Source: a virus
DNA length: 64,000 nt
IMG/VR virus record: IMGVR_UViG_3300038465_000039
Location: 1 to 64,000 of that record
Reading direction: 5' to 3' (one strand)
The position numbers and the translations under genes were made by a program. Shown one piece after another: positions 27,528 through 37,871 of the stretch (the first letter of the stretch is position 1; each line of letters opens with the position of its first letter). Below the pieces are notes generated by a model that was not told the origin of the DNA, did not search any database, and saw nothing but the letters and a program-made list of their open reading frames with translations.

Positions 27528-29252
27528 TCAACGCATCGTTCGCGCCTTCTTAACCGGTTTCGGCTTCTTCGCGGCGTCGAGTTCGACCGGGCCAGAATAA
27601 TGGCAGGTCCGAAGCTGTTTCGGTAGCCAGCCTTTGGCTGGAATGTGGGTGGCGCAGAACTTCGCCGCGTCACCCTTCTTCATCTTCGACACCTTAGCCG
27701 CGTGGTCGTCTCCCATGGAACAGCGTACAACCGCGACACACGCATCGAGGTTGACTGCGTCGAAGTAGCCCTTGGCGTCGAAGTTTTCCGCGAGTGCTTT
27801 GTTCAGCGCCTTCGGGTCCATTTTGGCGACGATGGCCTGTAGACCGAGACCGTCGATCGGGGATTTGGCGTCAGCGCTGTGGATCTGGATGCTGATGGCC
27901 TCGGCCGCGATTTTCGTGAGCATGACGACGCGCGCTTCCGGAGATGCCTTCAGCGCGCCATCGAAGACCTGGACGAAATTCTTCTCGCCGTCTTTCGGGC
28001 GGTTGAATCCACCACCACCAATACCGACGTCGACCACATGACCGTCACTCGCAAAGCCGGCAATCAGGGCCGCAATCGCGACATGCGGTGATGCGCCTAT
28101 CGCCGATGCAATCGCCTCCTCCAAGTCCTCGGAAAGCCGCTCAGCCAGCTTGTTCGTCAGCGAGTCCTTTTTCGGCTTGGCCTTCTTGCCCGGGTTGATG
28201 GTTAACTGCTTTCTCTCCGCTGGCTTCAATCGACCCATGTCGATCTTGAGTTGACCATCAGGCGCGATGTCGAGGATGCAGCCAGACTTTTTCTTCTGAG
28301 CGTCGGTGAAGACGCCCTTCTTGCCTTCCGGCTGCGTATGACCGTAGGCGTAATAGCTCATATTTTCGATATCGGATCGGTTGACGACCCACGACCAGCC
28401 CTGCTCAAGCAGAACGTGGGCAGATTCAACAAGCTTGGCGTCGGCCATCTTCTTGACCGCCTTCATGTCGGTGACGATATGATTAGTCGAGAACCAATCC
28501 CGCTGTTTGATAAGCCCGGCCGCGTCGATGTGGTCGACGCCGACAAATTCGATCAACTTGCCGAGTTCGCGCTGGGAATCCGGGATGAGTCGCGAGCGGA
28601 CTTCGTAGACTGTAGGCGGACCGCCTGCCTGCTTTCGTGCGGCAGCAAAGACCTTTTCTTGCTCCGCCTGATTGTCGGTCATCGTCAACGCCTGCGCGAC
28701 CGCGCCGTCCATCTCGTTGGCCCGCCATTTATCGCGGAGCGACGGCGCCAGGCTCCCGAGCTTCATCGTCTGATGGTACTGGCGCTCGGTCATGCCGAAC
28801 CTAAGCATCGCATCCGTGTGCGACATACCTTCGCCGACCAGAGCAGCGATGACCTCGTATCGGTCAACAGGATGCGGCGGCAGCGCGACGTTGGTCGCCA
28901 TCGCGATCTCTCTTGGATCACCTGCATAGGCATCGGAATCCACGGTGGGGACCATCACATCAAGACTGGGATGAATGGCGCGAAGTATCTTCAGGCGCCG
29001 ATTGCCCGCGGTGACGTACAGCTTGCCTTTGTGCGCCTTGGTTACCAGCGGGACGATGACACCATGAGCGCGGATCGACGCCTCAAGCGTCGGTAGGCCT
29101 TCCTCGTCATTGCTTTTGCGGACCTGGAGCCCGAGTTCTTTCGGTGCATCTGAGGCAAAGAGCAGATCGGATATCGGGATCATGGTAACGGTTGGCGGGG
29201 CGACGGGCGTCATCGGCGGGGCGTCTCTTTTGGCGGCAGCAGTTTTCGGCAT
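27528..29252 (-). CDS. ParB/Srx N-terminal domain protein
   Basis: LEASIRAHGVIVPL...VTAGNRRL; PHPVDRYE and HTH-like region. Confidence 0.75.
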   Translation of the reverse strand: MPKTAAAKRDAPPMTPVAPPTVTMIPISDLLFASDAPKELGLQVRKSNDEEGLPTLEASIRAHGVIVPLVTKAHKGKLYVTAGNRRLKILRAIHPSLDVMVPTVDSDAYAGDPREIAMATNVALPPHPVDRYEVIAALVGEGMSHTDAMLRFGMTERQYHQTMKLGSLAPSLRDKWRANEMDGAVAQALTMTDNQAEQEKVFAAARKQAGGPPTVYEVRSRLIPDSQRELGKLIEFVGVDHIDAAGLIKQRDWFSTNHIVTDMKAVKKMADAKLVESAHVLLEQGWSWVVNRSDIENMSYYAYGHTQPEGKKGVFTDAQKKKSGCILDIAPDGQLKIDMGRLKPAERKQLTINPGKKAKPKKDSLTNKLAERLSEDLEEAIASAIGASPHVAIAALIAGFASDGHVVDVGIGGGGFNRPKDGEKNFVQVFDGALKASPEARVVMLTKIAAEAISIQIHSADAKSPIDGLGLQAIVAKMDPKALNKALAENFDAKGYFDAVNLDACVAVVRCSMGDDHAAKVSKMKKGDAAKFCATHIPAKGWLPKQLRTCHYSGPVELDAAKKPKPVKKARTMR

Positions 29253-29276
29253 CTGATCTTCCTCTGGTCTTTGTTT

Positions 29277-29630
29277 TCAGAATTCGGTTTCGTCGTATAT
29301 TTGGTTTTCGAGCTGCAATCGAGACGGCGGCTCATAAGGCTTGTTGCGCTTCATGACCGTGGCCTCGTCGGTCAGCGAATAGGAGAAGATCGACGGGCCG
29401 CCGTAGAGGTGCGTTGTCCAGCCCTTTGCAGGATCGCCAGAGATCGGCACGTCAACGCGGATCATCTTCGCGCCGAACTTCTCGACCTCGATACATCGAC
29501 CCCAATGCGAGCGATGCCCCATAATTTCGATAAAAGCCCACTCCCATTCCGGTGCTTCGATCGGTTGGATTGTTTCGTCGTTCATGTCTTCCTCCATGGG
29601 TAGAATAAAATAGGCGTGGTCGAGGTTCAT
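29277..29630 (-). CDS. Conserved phage hypothetical protein
   Basis: EWAFIEIMGHR..G...EVEKFG.KMIRVDVP...YGG.SIFS. Confidence 0.6.
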   Translation of the reverse strand: MNLDHAYFILPMEEDMNDETIQPIEAPEWEWAFIEIMGHRSHWGRCIEVEKFGAKMIRVDVPISGDPAKGWTTHLYGGPSIFSYSLTDEATVMKRNKPYEPPSRLQLENQIYDETEF

Positions 29631-30499
29631 TCCGCGTCGGTGCAATGGGTGCCGCACTCGACATCGTAGTCAGAGTCTTCATCGGCGCCGTCGAACAGCG
29701 TCGGCGAGACGCGAACTTGCTCGATCAGTTCGGAGACGGTATCGCGCTTATCGAACCAGCCGCTTTGCTCGCGCTCTCGATCAGCCCACCACGTCGCCAC
29801 TGTTGCGTCATCGCGTATAAGGCGCTTGCGGATGCCTTTGCCTTTTTGGAAACAAAAGTCGCAGTTGCCTTCCCATGGATACAGGCCAAGGTCGAAGCCC
29901 TGCGGGAGCGGCACCGTGAGTGCTTTGGGATCGATATTGTCGCCCAGCCAGAATTTGAGGACGTTGGCTTTCCGAACCTTGGCCTTCGCCAGCATATAAC
30001 GGACGGTTCTGCCGTCCTTCTCAGCGCGCTCCATTCCGTTGAGGATGCGCAGCCCCTCATCATCGCGGAGCCCGATGATCTCAGTATATTGCCCAGGCTC
30101 TAAGCCAAGCGTCGAGCGCATGAATGCGAACATGGGCATCACCTTGAGATATTGCGTGCACCATCGCTCGTGAGTGTTCGGAAGGCGCTGCTTCGATTTG
30201 ATCAACGCCTCGAACGGCTCGCCCTTACGACTGGCGCTATTATACCCGACCTCGGCAAAGCCCTCCTTGCCAGCGCGCCACTCAACCCAATGGACGCGGA
30301 CGTTCCAGCGTGTCGAACATTCATGAACGAAGCGGAGCGTTTCTTCCTTCTCCTTGCCAGTGTTCGCAAAGACGGCATAAACGTCTCTCGGCAGGCCTCC
30401 ATTAACGCGCAAAATCTCGTGCAGCATATAGGCCGACGTGCGACCGCCGCTAAATGAGATCATCGCCGGGCCGTCAAGGATGATGTAGCTCAACGTCAC
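29627..30499 (-). CDS. PAPS reductase-family (PP-loop) protein
   Basis: ISFSGGRTSAYM, FANTGKE, RWCT..LK, IGLR.DE, GNCDFCF.K. Confidence 0.8.
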   Translation of the reverse strand: MTLSYIILDGPAMISFSGGRTSAYMLHEILRVNGGLPRDVYAVFANTGKEKEETLRFVHECSTRWNVRVHWVEWRAGKEGFAEVGYNSASRKGEPFEALIKSKQRLPNTHERWCTQYLKVMPMFAFMRSTLGLEPGQYTEIIGLRDDEGLRILNGMERAEKDGRTVRYMLAKAKVRKANVLKFWLGDNIDPKALTVPLPQGFDLGLYPWEGNCDFCFQKGKGIRKRLIRDDATVATWWADREREQSGWFDKRDTVSELIEQVRVSPTLFDGADEDSDYDVECGTHCTDAE

Positions 30500-31206
30500 T
30501 GTTCCTTCCGGGTGAGGTAGTATTTCGCGGTCGCGCGAATGTCGCGGTCCTTGATATCGCTCTTTTCCAAAATCCAAGAAAGATACGACTTATCGACCTG
30601 CGACCACTTCTCGCCGAAGTGCTTTCCGAACCGGACATTCGCGAGAAGTGCCGGACCGCTGCTCCATCTAATGATTTGTTCAATCGTCGTTTCCTTCAGG
30701 ATGCGACGAAACAGATGCGCGGTGACATAAGAATCCGGGCCGGACCGATGCGGGGGCACTGCAAGGTCGGGATCAAAATCGACAGCGTCGTCGAGGTCCA
30801 GATAATACCGCAGGACTTGGTTTTTGTGGCTCGGGCAATCTGGCCAAATGCGAAGTGCCGCCTTGTAGGCACACAGCATCGGCTTGCCGCCTCCTCCGAA
30901 AAACTGTTCATCGAACGCCATATTGAAAGCGCCGAACATCTCGGCGCCGTCCATCATCGTCATGCAGGCGCGCTCGATCGCTGGCGCGTTTTCGACATCG
31001 CTGTTTCGTATGTGATGGATTGCCATCGCCTCTACCGGAATAGGACGATGCGGATTCACGATCACGGCTTTCGGTTCACTGATGCGGCCCGTCGCGATAT
31101 CGAAGTCGGTCCAGCCGAACTCGACAGCGGAGTGCTTCTCGGTTTCGGATGGGATGCCGGTAGATTCGGTGTCGAATACGCGAATTTTCACGGGAAGTTC
31201 TTCCAT
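30496..31206 (-). CDS. DEDDh 3'-5' exonuclease (exonuclease X-like)
   Basis: FDTESTG, AIHHI, N..FD, H.S.PD.YVT; C-terminal FGKH.G..W..V...YL.W. Confidence 0.85.
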   Translation of the reverse strand: MEELPVKIRVFDTESTGIPSETEKHSAVEFGWTDFDIATGRISEPKAVIVNPHRPIPVEAMAIHHIRNSDVENAPAIERACMTMMDGAEMFGAFNMAFDEQFFGGGGKPMLCAYKAALRIWPDCPSHKNQVLRYYLDLDDAVDFDPDLAVPPHRSGPDSYVTAHLFRRILKETTIEQIIRWSSGPALLANVRFGKHFGEKWSQVDKSYLSWILEKSDIKDRDIRATAKYYLTRKEQ

Positions 31207-31784
31207 GTGTGGCCCCTTATAATTGCTCTGACAACATCGCCAGACACGCCAAAATCGGCACCAACTGCCCTCATTGATTCCAGTGATGTATCGTGCTTCC
31301 CGACGCCGACTAACGGACGATTGCCAATCCGATTCCGAATGGCGGCAACGTCCGATGCTGTAAGTTTGGCATTCCAGTTGTCGGAACCTATTGGCTTCTT
31401 CCCGTTGCGAACTGCATCACTGAGGTTCTTGGACCGTGTTCCCCATCCGAGGTTCTCCAGTCTGTTGTCGTTTGGTACGTCGTTATCATGGCAGCACTCA
31501 TGCCCCTTTGGGCATGGGCTGACAAATGCCGTAAGGACTAGGATGTGGACATCGTAGCTTTTGGCCGGGTGTCCGAGCGCTACGCTGACGTGACCGCTAG
31601 CCCTTGCGCCGGGCCGCAGTATTCTTTCCTTGCAGCGGCGCTCAACGGTCAAAATATTTTTATTATCGCTGTACTGATCGACGCGTTGATAAATCTCAAC
31701 TCTTGCGAGACTCTTGACGCGGCCAAGATCGCTGACCTCGTATCGGCCTTCAAATCCGACAACTGGTTTCCAAATTTCAGACAT
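31188..31784 (-). CDS. NUMOD4-HNH homing endonuclease
   Basis: EIWKPVVGFEGRYEVSDLGRVKS; VH.LV..AF; H.N....DNRLENL.WGT...N. Confidence 0.9.
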   Translation of the reverse strand: MSEIWKPVVGFEGRYEVSDLGRVKSLARVEIYQRVDQYSDNKNILTVERRCKERILRPGARASGHVSVALGHPAKSYDVHILVLTAFVSPCPKGHECCHDNDVPNDNRLENLGWGTRSKNLSDAVRNGKKPIGSDNWNAKLTASDVAAIRNRIGNRPLVGVGKHDTSLESMRAVGADFGVSGDVVRAIIRGHTWKNFP

Positions 31785-31936
31785 CACAAGTCTCCCTCGC
31801 GCCTGGCCTATCAAGCCAGGAAAGCGCGAATCCGGGGTCACATTTCTGCGACACCAGGCGCAAGGAAGTTGTGGAGGGTGCCGCGCTTTTGTCGCGTTGA
31901 TAGCCGCGAGTGGCACTGTCATATCTCAGTTTCTCT

Positions 31937-32731
31937 CTAAATGTCTGGAAATTCCCGCCGCATCAGATAGTCTGGTATTGGAATCTTGCCGGGCTTCTCG
32001 CCTGAAAGCTGCTTCATGAAGAAGGGGATGTGGAAGTGCTCGCAGACATATTTTATCTGACGAGGCCAGTCTGGATTCATAGGTCGGTAGCCGCGGCCGC
32101 TCTCGCCGCCACAAATTATCCAATCAGGGTAAGGACCGATAGCACCAAGTTCTTCCAGCGGCCCAATCGCTGGCTCGTAGCTGACGAATTTTACGCAAGC
32201 AGGGATGTATCTCAGGATCGGCCATCGCTTGTTATAGGCATTCTGATCTTCAGCGGTGATACCCAGCCAAACATTCGGCCAAAAATCATTTCCTGATTTG
32301 CCGCCCCAACCATCAGGCAGCATCTTTTCAATATTTTCCGGTCGCTTCGTTAGCAACAACCAATCGAGGTTTGGCGTGGAGTCGATCAGACTCCAGAGAT
32401 CGTCTCGCCACTGCGGATCCCATTGATTGTCGAAGACATCGGATAACGAAGCGCAGAACACGCGCTGGCGGTGGCCGTGCTTGGCCTGGAATGCCGCGTG
32501 GTGCTTGTTCCAAGTGAGAGGCTGTCGCCAGTAAGCGTCTGACGTGCGCGCGCGAGTGCCGACGCTCGGCACCGTCTCATCGGTCTTGCGCTGTCCCCAC
32601 TTCACGCGGTGATAGCGCGTATCCATCAGAGTCTCGGCATAGCAATTATCGCAACCCGACGAGACCTTCATGCAGCCCAAAACCGGATTGAAAGTTGAGT
32701 CGGCCCAGGAAATATTTGTCGTCTCAGCCAT
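31937..32731 (-). CDS. DUF5131 (Gp37/Gp68) protein
   Basis: W.DSTFNP..GC.KVS.GC.NCYA, RVFCASLSDVFD, LLLTKRP, WIICGGESG, FFMKQ. Confidence 0.9.
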   Translation of the reverse strand: MAETTNISWADSTFNPVLGCMKVSSGCDNCYAETLMDTRYHRVKWGQRKTDETVPSVGTRARTSDAYWRQPLTWNKHHAAFQAKHGHRQRVFCASLSDVFDNQWDPQWRDDLWSLIDSTPNLDWLLLTKRPENIEKMLPDGWGGKSGNDFWPNVWLGITAEDQNAYNKRWPILRYIPACVKFVSYEPAIGPLEELGAIGPYPDWIICGGESGRGYRPMNPDWPRQIKYVCEHFHIPFFMKQLSGEKPGKIPIPDYLMRREFPDI

Positions 32732-33953
32732 CACGCCTCTCCCGGATAGACACCAGTCGACCGCCAAATCCTGATCTTCACCAGCCGACGCTGGTTTCGC
32801 CGGATGCCTTCTTTCCACAAGCCAACGGCGTATTCGATGGTGCAGAGGGAAGGATCGCGAAGACGTCCGCGATTTTCCCTGATGCGGCGCAGCGCGTTGC
32901 GGGTCTCGACGCGGACTTGTTGAGCAAGCGTTAGACTGTCGTACCAGCGCTCGTATTTGGACATCTCGCGCTCGATCTCAGCGTGTTGCTGCGCATCGGT
33001 CATACCCATCCACTCGGCCATGGCTACGTCGTCGTCTAGCATGTCGTCATCTTCGTCAGCCACAGATCGTCTCCTTAATCCAGCCGCCGGCGCCGTCGCA
33101 ACGAGCGCACCGATCATATTGAATCGGCACAGGTTCATTCGGACACTCCCGCGCAAGGACGTGCAGGACCTTCGGCGAAAGCAGCAGCGTTGCCTTCGTG
33201 AAGCCTCGACCTTTGCAGTCTGAGCACTGTTGAAACGGCAGGCGCACATTCGCCGCCGCTTGCTGAAGGCTCAGTGACGGTTTTTCGCAGCGGCGCCTTT
33301 CCTCGATCTGATCGAATGTATCAGCCACGGTCGCGCTCCTCTTTCTTCGGAGGATCAGTCATCAGGACCGCGACCAACGTCTCGGCTTGTGTTCGGTCCA
33401 TGAAGAACGGAGTTTCCATCCGCTTGCGGACTTCGGCTTCGTAAAGCGCTCTCGTCTCAGGTTTTGAAAAATCAGTCATGTTCAAAGTACCCCTTAAGTC
33501 GCCATTGAAATCGCGCGATGCCGTCGACGTAAAGCGTGATCGTTGAATGATCTCGGCTATCGATGATTTGCATTCGATCAAGCGATACTCCGCATTCGTA
33601 AAAACACCGGATATGTTTTTCGAGTTCTGTGTACCGGCTTGCGAGAATTGATTTAACCCAATCCTGATGGCTAGGGCTCAGTCGAGTCATTTGAGCCATA
33701 GCATCGACCGCAGGCCAATCGATCACGTATGGTAGTTCTTGAGCCATTGCCGACTTGCCTCCATGCGCGCATCTTCGAACGTCGGGCCCGGCGCCGGCGG
33801 CGCGAACTCGTTCATGGTGTGGCGGATGTCTTCGCCTCGTTGTCGCGCGCCGAACAGATAGGCGCGGAACTGATCTTCCGACATGCAGCCCGCTCGATAT
33901 TCAGCACCGCGGGCATCGATGCGCTCCTGGCGCTCTTTCCAGTCAAGCATTTT

Positions 33954-35168
33954 TCAAACCGCTATGATGAGCGCTTCAGCAGCGCGAGTGATTGCTGTGT
34001 ATCTCCATCGCCTCGGAATGTCGTCGCGGTCTCCGCGACCTCCGAACACATCACCTTCGTCGATCACAACGACCTTGTCCCACTGCGATCCTTGAGCCTT
34101 GTGAACAGTCGTGCAATACGCATAATCGAACTCATCGTAGTGACTGCGCTGCATCTTCTCCGGAAGGCGAAGGTCGTTTTCCTTGTTGTTCCAGAACCAA
34201 TAGGCGTGCGGAACAGCGACGAATTCGGAGAAGTTCTCCTGGTCGATTGAATCTACCTCCAGATAGCTGACGTCCGGACGGCCCTTGCGCTTGGCCGCGA
34301 AGTCGCGGTCGCGCAATTCCTTCACCGTCCACATCGCGCCGTTCAGCAGGCCGCGGTCGCGTTTGTTCTTCAGGCAAATGACGCGGTCACCGACCACTGG
34401 CAGATGGTCGCCGGCGGGAAGCTTGCCCTGTGCGCGCAGTTCGTTGCGAATACGTCGATTGATCGTGACGCGGCTGTCATTTTTGCCGCACAAGATTTGC
34501 TCGGCCGCAAGTTCGCTGGACAGCTTCAGGTCGCCGCGGCGCAGGATTGAAACGCCTTGGCCGGCGCGCAGTCCCCTATGGCTGCCGATCGACAGCGTCT
34601 TGCCGAGCCGCACGTCGGTGGCGATGCGCACGATCGGGTTGTCGGCCGCCTGCCGGTGGATCTCGGTCAGCATGACGTCCGGAGTTTTGACCTCGGTAAA
34701 GAAACCGGCGCCGCTGATGGGTGGTAACTGTGCGGGATCGCCGAGCACCAGGATGGGTGTGCCGAACGATGTGACGTCCTTGCCCAAATCTTCCGACACC
34801 ATTGACGCCTCGTCGATTATAAGGAGCGCGGCACCGCGCAGCGCGCTATCCGGGTTGATCTCCCACATCGGTATCTCGCGGTCCTTTTCCTCGTCCTCGC
34901 GATTCTTGCGGCGCGGCTTGTAGATCAGCGAGTGCAGCGTCGAGGCACCGTGGCATCCCTTCTTGCGCATGACGAGGGCGGCTTTGCCTGTGAACGAGGC
35001 GAACAGCGTATCGCCGTCGCACATGCGCGCGATCTCGATTGCCAACGTCGTCTTGCCGGAGCCGGCGTATCCGAACAGGCGGAATATCTGCGGGCGACGT
35101 TCGGCGTCCATGTCCAGCCACTTCTGGACCGATACGAGGGCTTCGTGCTGTTGCGGGGACCACTGCAT
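33954..35168 (-). CDS. SF1B RecD/Dda-like ATP-dependent helicase
   Basis: GYAGSGKT, IIDEASM, GDPAQLPP, LTEIHRQ, YAY.TTVHKAQGSQW, YTAITRA. Confidence 0.9.
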   Translation of the reverse strand: MQWSPQQHEALVSVQKWLDMDAERRPQIFRLFGYAGSGKTTLAIEIARMCDGDTLFASFTGKAALVMRKKGCHGASTLHSLIYKPRRKNREDEEKDREIPMWEINPDSALRGAALLIIDEASMVSEDLGKDVTSFGTPILVLGDPAQLPPISGAGFFTEVKTPDVMLTEIHRQAADNPIVRIATDVRLGKTLSIGSHRGLRAGQGVSILRRGDLKLSSELAAEQILCGKNDSRVTINRRIRNELRAQGKLPAGDHLPVVGDRVICLKNKRDRGLLNGAMWTVKELRDRDFAAKRKGRPDVSYLEVDSIDQENFSEFVAVPHAYWFWNNKENDLRLPEKMQRSHYDEFDYAYCTTVHKAQGSQWDKVVVIDEGDVFGGRGDRDDIPRRWRYTAITRAAEALIIAV

Positions 35169-35308
35169 CAGACGCTGCTGTTCCCCCGCGCCACGACGCT
35201 GCTGTTCCCCCACGCCACGACGCTGCAGCCGATCACGACGGCGATATTGCCAAGATTTATGCAGGCGTCGAATTCAGCCTGACTGCGGACTTCGGTTCTC
35301 TTCTTCAT
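35168..35308 (-). pseudogene. 46-aa remnant of an SSVVA(W/R)GN octapeptide-repeat protein
   Basis: MKKRTEVRSQAEFDACINLGNIAVVIGCSVVAWGNSSVVARGNSSV*; 24-bp tandem repeat at 35171-35226. Confidence 0.55.
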
Positions 35309-35328
35309 CGCATTTCTCCGTTCTGGTT

Positions 35329-36699
35329 TTACTGGTTTTTTAGCTTGAGCGCTCTCAACTTGGCTTCCTTGTCCTTGGTCAGTTCGTCGATCTGCTGCGG
35401 GGAAAGCAACTCATTCCGGTCGGCCCTGGTCGAGCCCCAAAGGTCGGTCACGGCCGCCTTGCTGGTGGCGGCGTCGAAGCTGTCCCTCATGAAGGTCATG
35501 TAGCCGGCAGCATCGTCGTAAGGTGTCTCGTCCGTCGTTTCGGTCTTTGCCGAGCCTGGGGAGGCCGTCTGTGCGGGTTCCTTCATGGCCGGGCTGTTGC
35601 GCCCGTCGTCCGGCGAGCCCTGTTCAGTGACTTCCGCAGCGGCTCCGGAGGCCTTGTCACTTTTTGCCCCGTCGTTTGAGGCCGTTTCGGACCTTTCTTG
35701 CGCCATAGCTTGTGCGCCTTGCGTCACCTTGTCGGCGTTTCGTGCAATGGTCTCGCTGATCCCGGAACTGATCGGGTCCGGCCCTGGCATAGCCTTCCGG
35801 AGGAATTCCTGTTCATCAATCGCCAGATCGGCAATTTTCCCGGTAGCGGGCCTTTCGGCCGGCGGGTCGTCTTTGCCGGGTCGATTATCCGTCGCCGGGT
35901 CGTCCTTGAGCGGGTTCTTGACCACGTCATGCGCCGGGCCTGGCTTGCCGAACAGGCTGTCGATCGTCTCGGTCCCGTCCCGAAGCGCCGTCCACATGCC
36001 GATCAGCCGCGGCATGTGCTCCAGCGTGATCGCCTCCTCGCCGGCGACATCGAGCGCTGCGAACACGCGGTCCGGCTCAACTCCCATCTTCTGGAACGCC
36101 TCGACCGATGAGCGGCGCCGGGTCGCCAAGGTCTTCTGGTCGCCCTGCAGCACCGCCAGCACGCCTTTCCAGGCAGCACCCCAAATCGACTTCGGTACGG
36201 TCTTGAGGATGGCCTCGCGGCGCGCGATCGCCGCGCCAGCCGAAAAGGCTATATTCGTCATGTCGGCGTTGAAGATGCCCTTGCGCCCGGTAATACTGCG
36301 GCGAACGGGAACGGTCTGGCCGTTGTTCATCTGCATGTCGATGCAGACGCCCTCGATGATGACGGCCGCGCGCGCCGGATCCTTGGTGTCGAGCTCGACG
36401 AAGCGGGCGCCAGCGCGCATGTTGCCGTAGGACGCAAACACGAGCTCGGCGAAGCGCACACTCGGTCCCACGATATCTTTGCCGGCGCGCGGGAGGGAAT
36501 AGCAGCACTCGGCGGCGGTCTCCTCGTCCAGCGTGGCCCGGCTCATGATCTCGACCGAGATCGCCTTGTCGGTGCGGCGCGGATAGCGCTTGGCGGTCGC
36601 GACCTGTTGGCTGATCTCGGCAGCGACGGCGCCGGACATCATTTCCACAGGCTCGTAGCCGGTGACTTCGCCTGTCTCGTTATCGATGATCTCGCTCAT
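35329..36699 (-). CDS. Putative recombination/ssDNA-annealing protein
   Basis: QVATAKRYPR, YSLPRAGK.I.GPSVRFAE phage motif; lies between RecE-like and helicase genes; function inferred. Confidence 0.5.
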   Translation of the reverse strand: MSEIIDNETGEVTGYEPVEMMSGAVAAEISQQVATAKRYPRRTDKAISVEIMSRATLDEETAAECCYSLPRAGKDIVGPSVRFAELVFASYGNMRAGARFVELDTKDPARAAVIIEGVCIDMQMNNGQTVPVRRSITGRKGIFNADMTNIAFSAGAAIARREAILKTVPKSIWGAAWKGVLAVLQGDQKTLATRRRSSVEAFQKMGVEPDRVFAALDVAGEEAITLEHMPRLIGMWTALRDGTETIDSLFGKPGPAHDVVKNPLKDDPATDNRPGKDDPPAERPATGKIADLAIDEQEFLRKAMPGPDPISSGISETIARNADKVTQGAQAMAQERSETASNDGAKSDKASGAAAEVTEQGSPDDGRNSPAMKEPAQTASPGSAKTETTDETPYDDAAGYMTFMRDSFDAATSKAAVTDLWGSTRADRNELLSPQQIDELTKDKEAKLRALKLKNQ

Positions 36700-37381
36700 G
36701 GCTTGCTCGCTTTCAAAAGATTTGCATCAAAAGTTCCTCGCAGCCGAACACTTGCTCGGCTCCGCATGATTCGCATTCGTAATTTTGTGCGTCCGGTTCA
36801 ACGCCATCGACCTCGAGGCCGCAGATCAGACAGAACCCGGGATTGTCGAGCGAGTTACCGCGGCGCTCGCATGCGGCGACGATAGCAGCGTCAGTGAGCA
36901 TCGGGTGCCAAAGCTTCCGCGCAATCATCCTGTTTTCCTTTCGGGTGTGTCACGTCTTCGGCGCGCGCCATGCACTCGCTGACCTGCTTGTGATGTCGGC
37001 TGGCGAATTCCTTGCGTGCGGCAAGCTGCTCATGGCCTGGATGTATTCCTGCGGCACGTCGACGTGCCAGCACTGATAGGTGTATGTGCTCATGACGAAC
37101 ACCACGCGCCGATCATCCAGTGAGCGACTCCGTCCTTTAGGAAGGTGACCACTTTCGCGTCCTCCCACTTGTTGCAATTTTCGTCCAGCCACGCACGCGC
37201 GTCGGTATCACGGTCGAAGGTTTTGTCAGCAAATGAGAGGCCAGTAGCCATTCCAAAGCCGCCGGAATAGGAATGGCCATTTTCGTACCGATCCTCGTCC
37301 TGAGCTTTCGCGAAGGCTTCTTTCACCTCGTTGCGAGTCAGTGTGCCGACGAGCACCATTTCTTGAAACTCGGCTCCCATC

Positions 37382-37828
37382 TTACTGCCCCCTCGTCAGC
37401 TTCTTGAGGTTCTTGCGAACCTGCGCGTCATGCTTCTTTGTTGGGGCCTTGATCACCTTGAGAACATCAGGATCAATAAAGTCCTCCCAAAACGGCATTG
37501 AGTTTCCGCCGCTGTATGGCGGAACCTCCTGCAGCTTCGCCATCTCGGTCCAGACCCGCAGATAGGAGTCGTGAAGCGCCTTATCCGCCACGCTGGATTT
37601 GAAATTGTCATAGGTGATCCGATCGACCTCACCGCAGAGCGCAGCCTTCACGGCCTCGCGCTTCACAGGGGCTCGATAGAGATAGTCGGACTTCGTGTAG
37701 CGAGAGACCTTGGCGCCAGGGAATATCTTTTCGATATCACCCTTTCTGCGCGCCCGGATCATCAGTTCATCGCGAGCACAGTCCTTGCTCACCACTGATA
37801 AGAAAAAATCGTTTCCGCAGATCCACAC
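37382..37828 (-). CDS. Conserved hypothetical protein
   Basis: GAGGAAG RBS; F.SVV...L.IRAR...D, DY.YR, I.Y.NFK. Confidence 0.6.
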   Translation of the reverse strand: MWICGNDFFLSVVSKDCARDELMIRARRKGDIEKIFPGAKVSRYTKSDYLYRAPVKREAVKAALCGEVDRITYDNFKSSVADKALHDSYLRVWTEMAKLQEVPPYSGGNSMPFWEDFIDPDVLKVIKAPTKKHDAQVRKNLKKLTRGQ

Positions 37829-37856
37829 GAGCGTCTTCCTCCGCTTTGTGTTGCAC

Positions 37857-37871
37857 TAAACTATTAGTATA
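37857..37871. promoter_or_regulatory. Operator TAAACT-ATT-AGTATA in a minus-strand promoter
   Basis: 19-bp cactaaactattagtatag is identical to 63972-63990. Confidence 0.65.

Noticed and set aside
35171-35226. 24-bp repeats as a mini CRISPR array
   Set aside because: Units are directly tandem with no spacers, encode an in-frame peptide repeat, and no cas genes are present.
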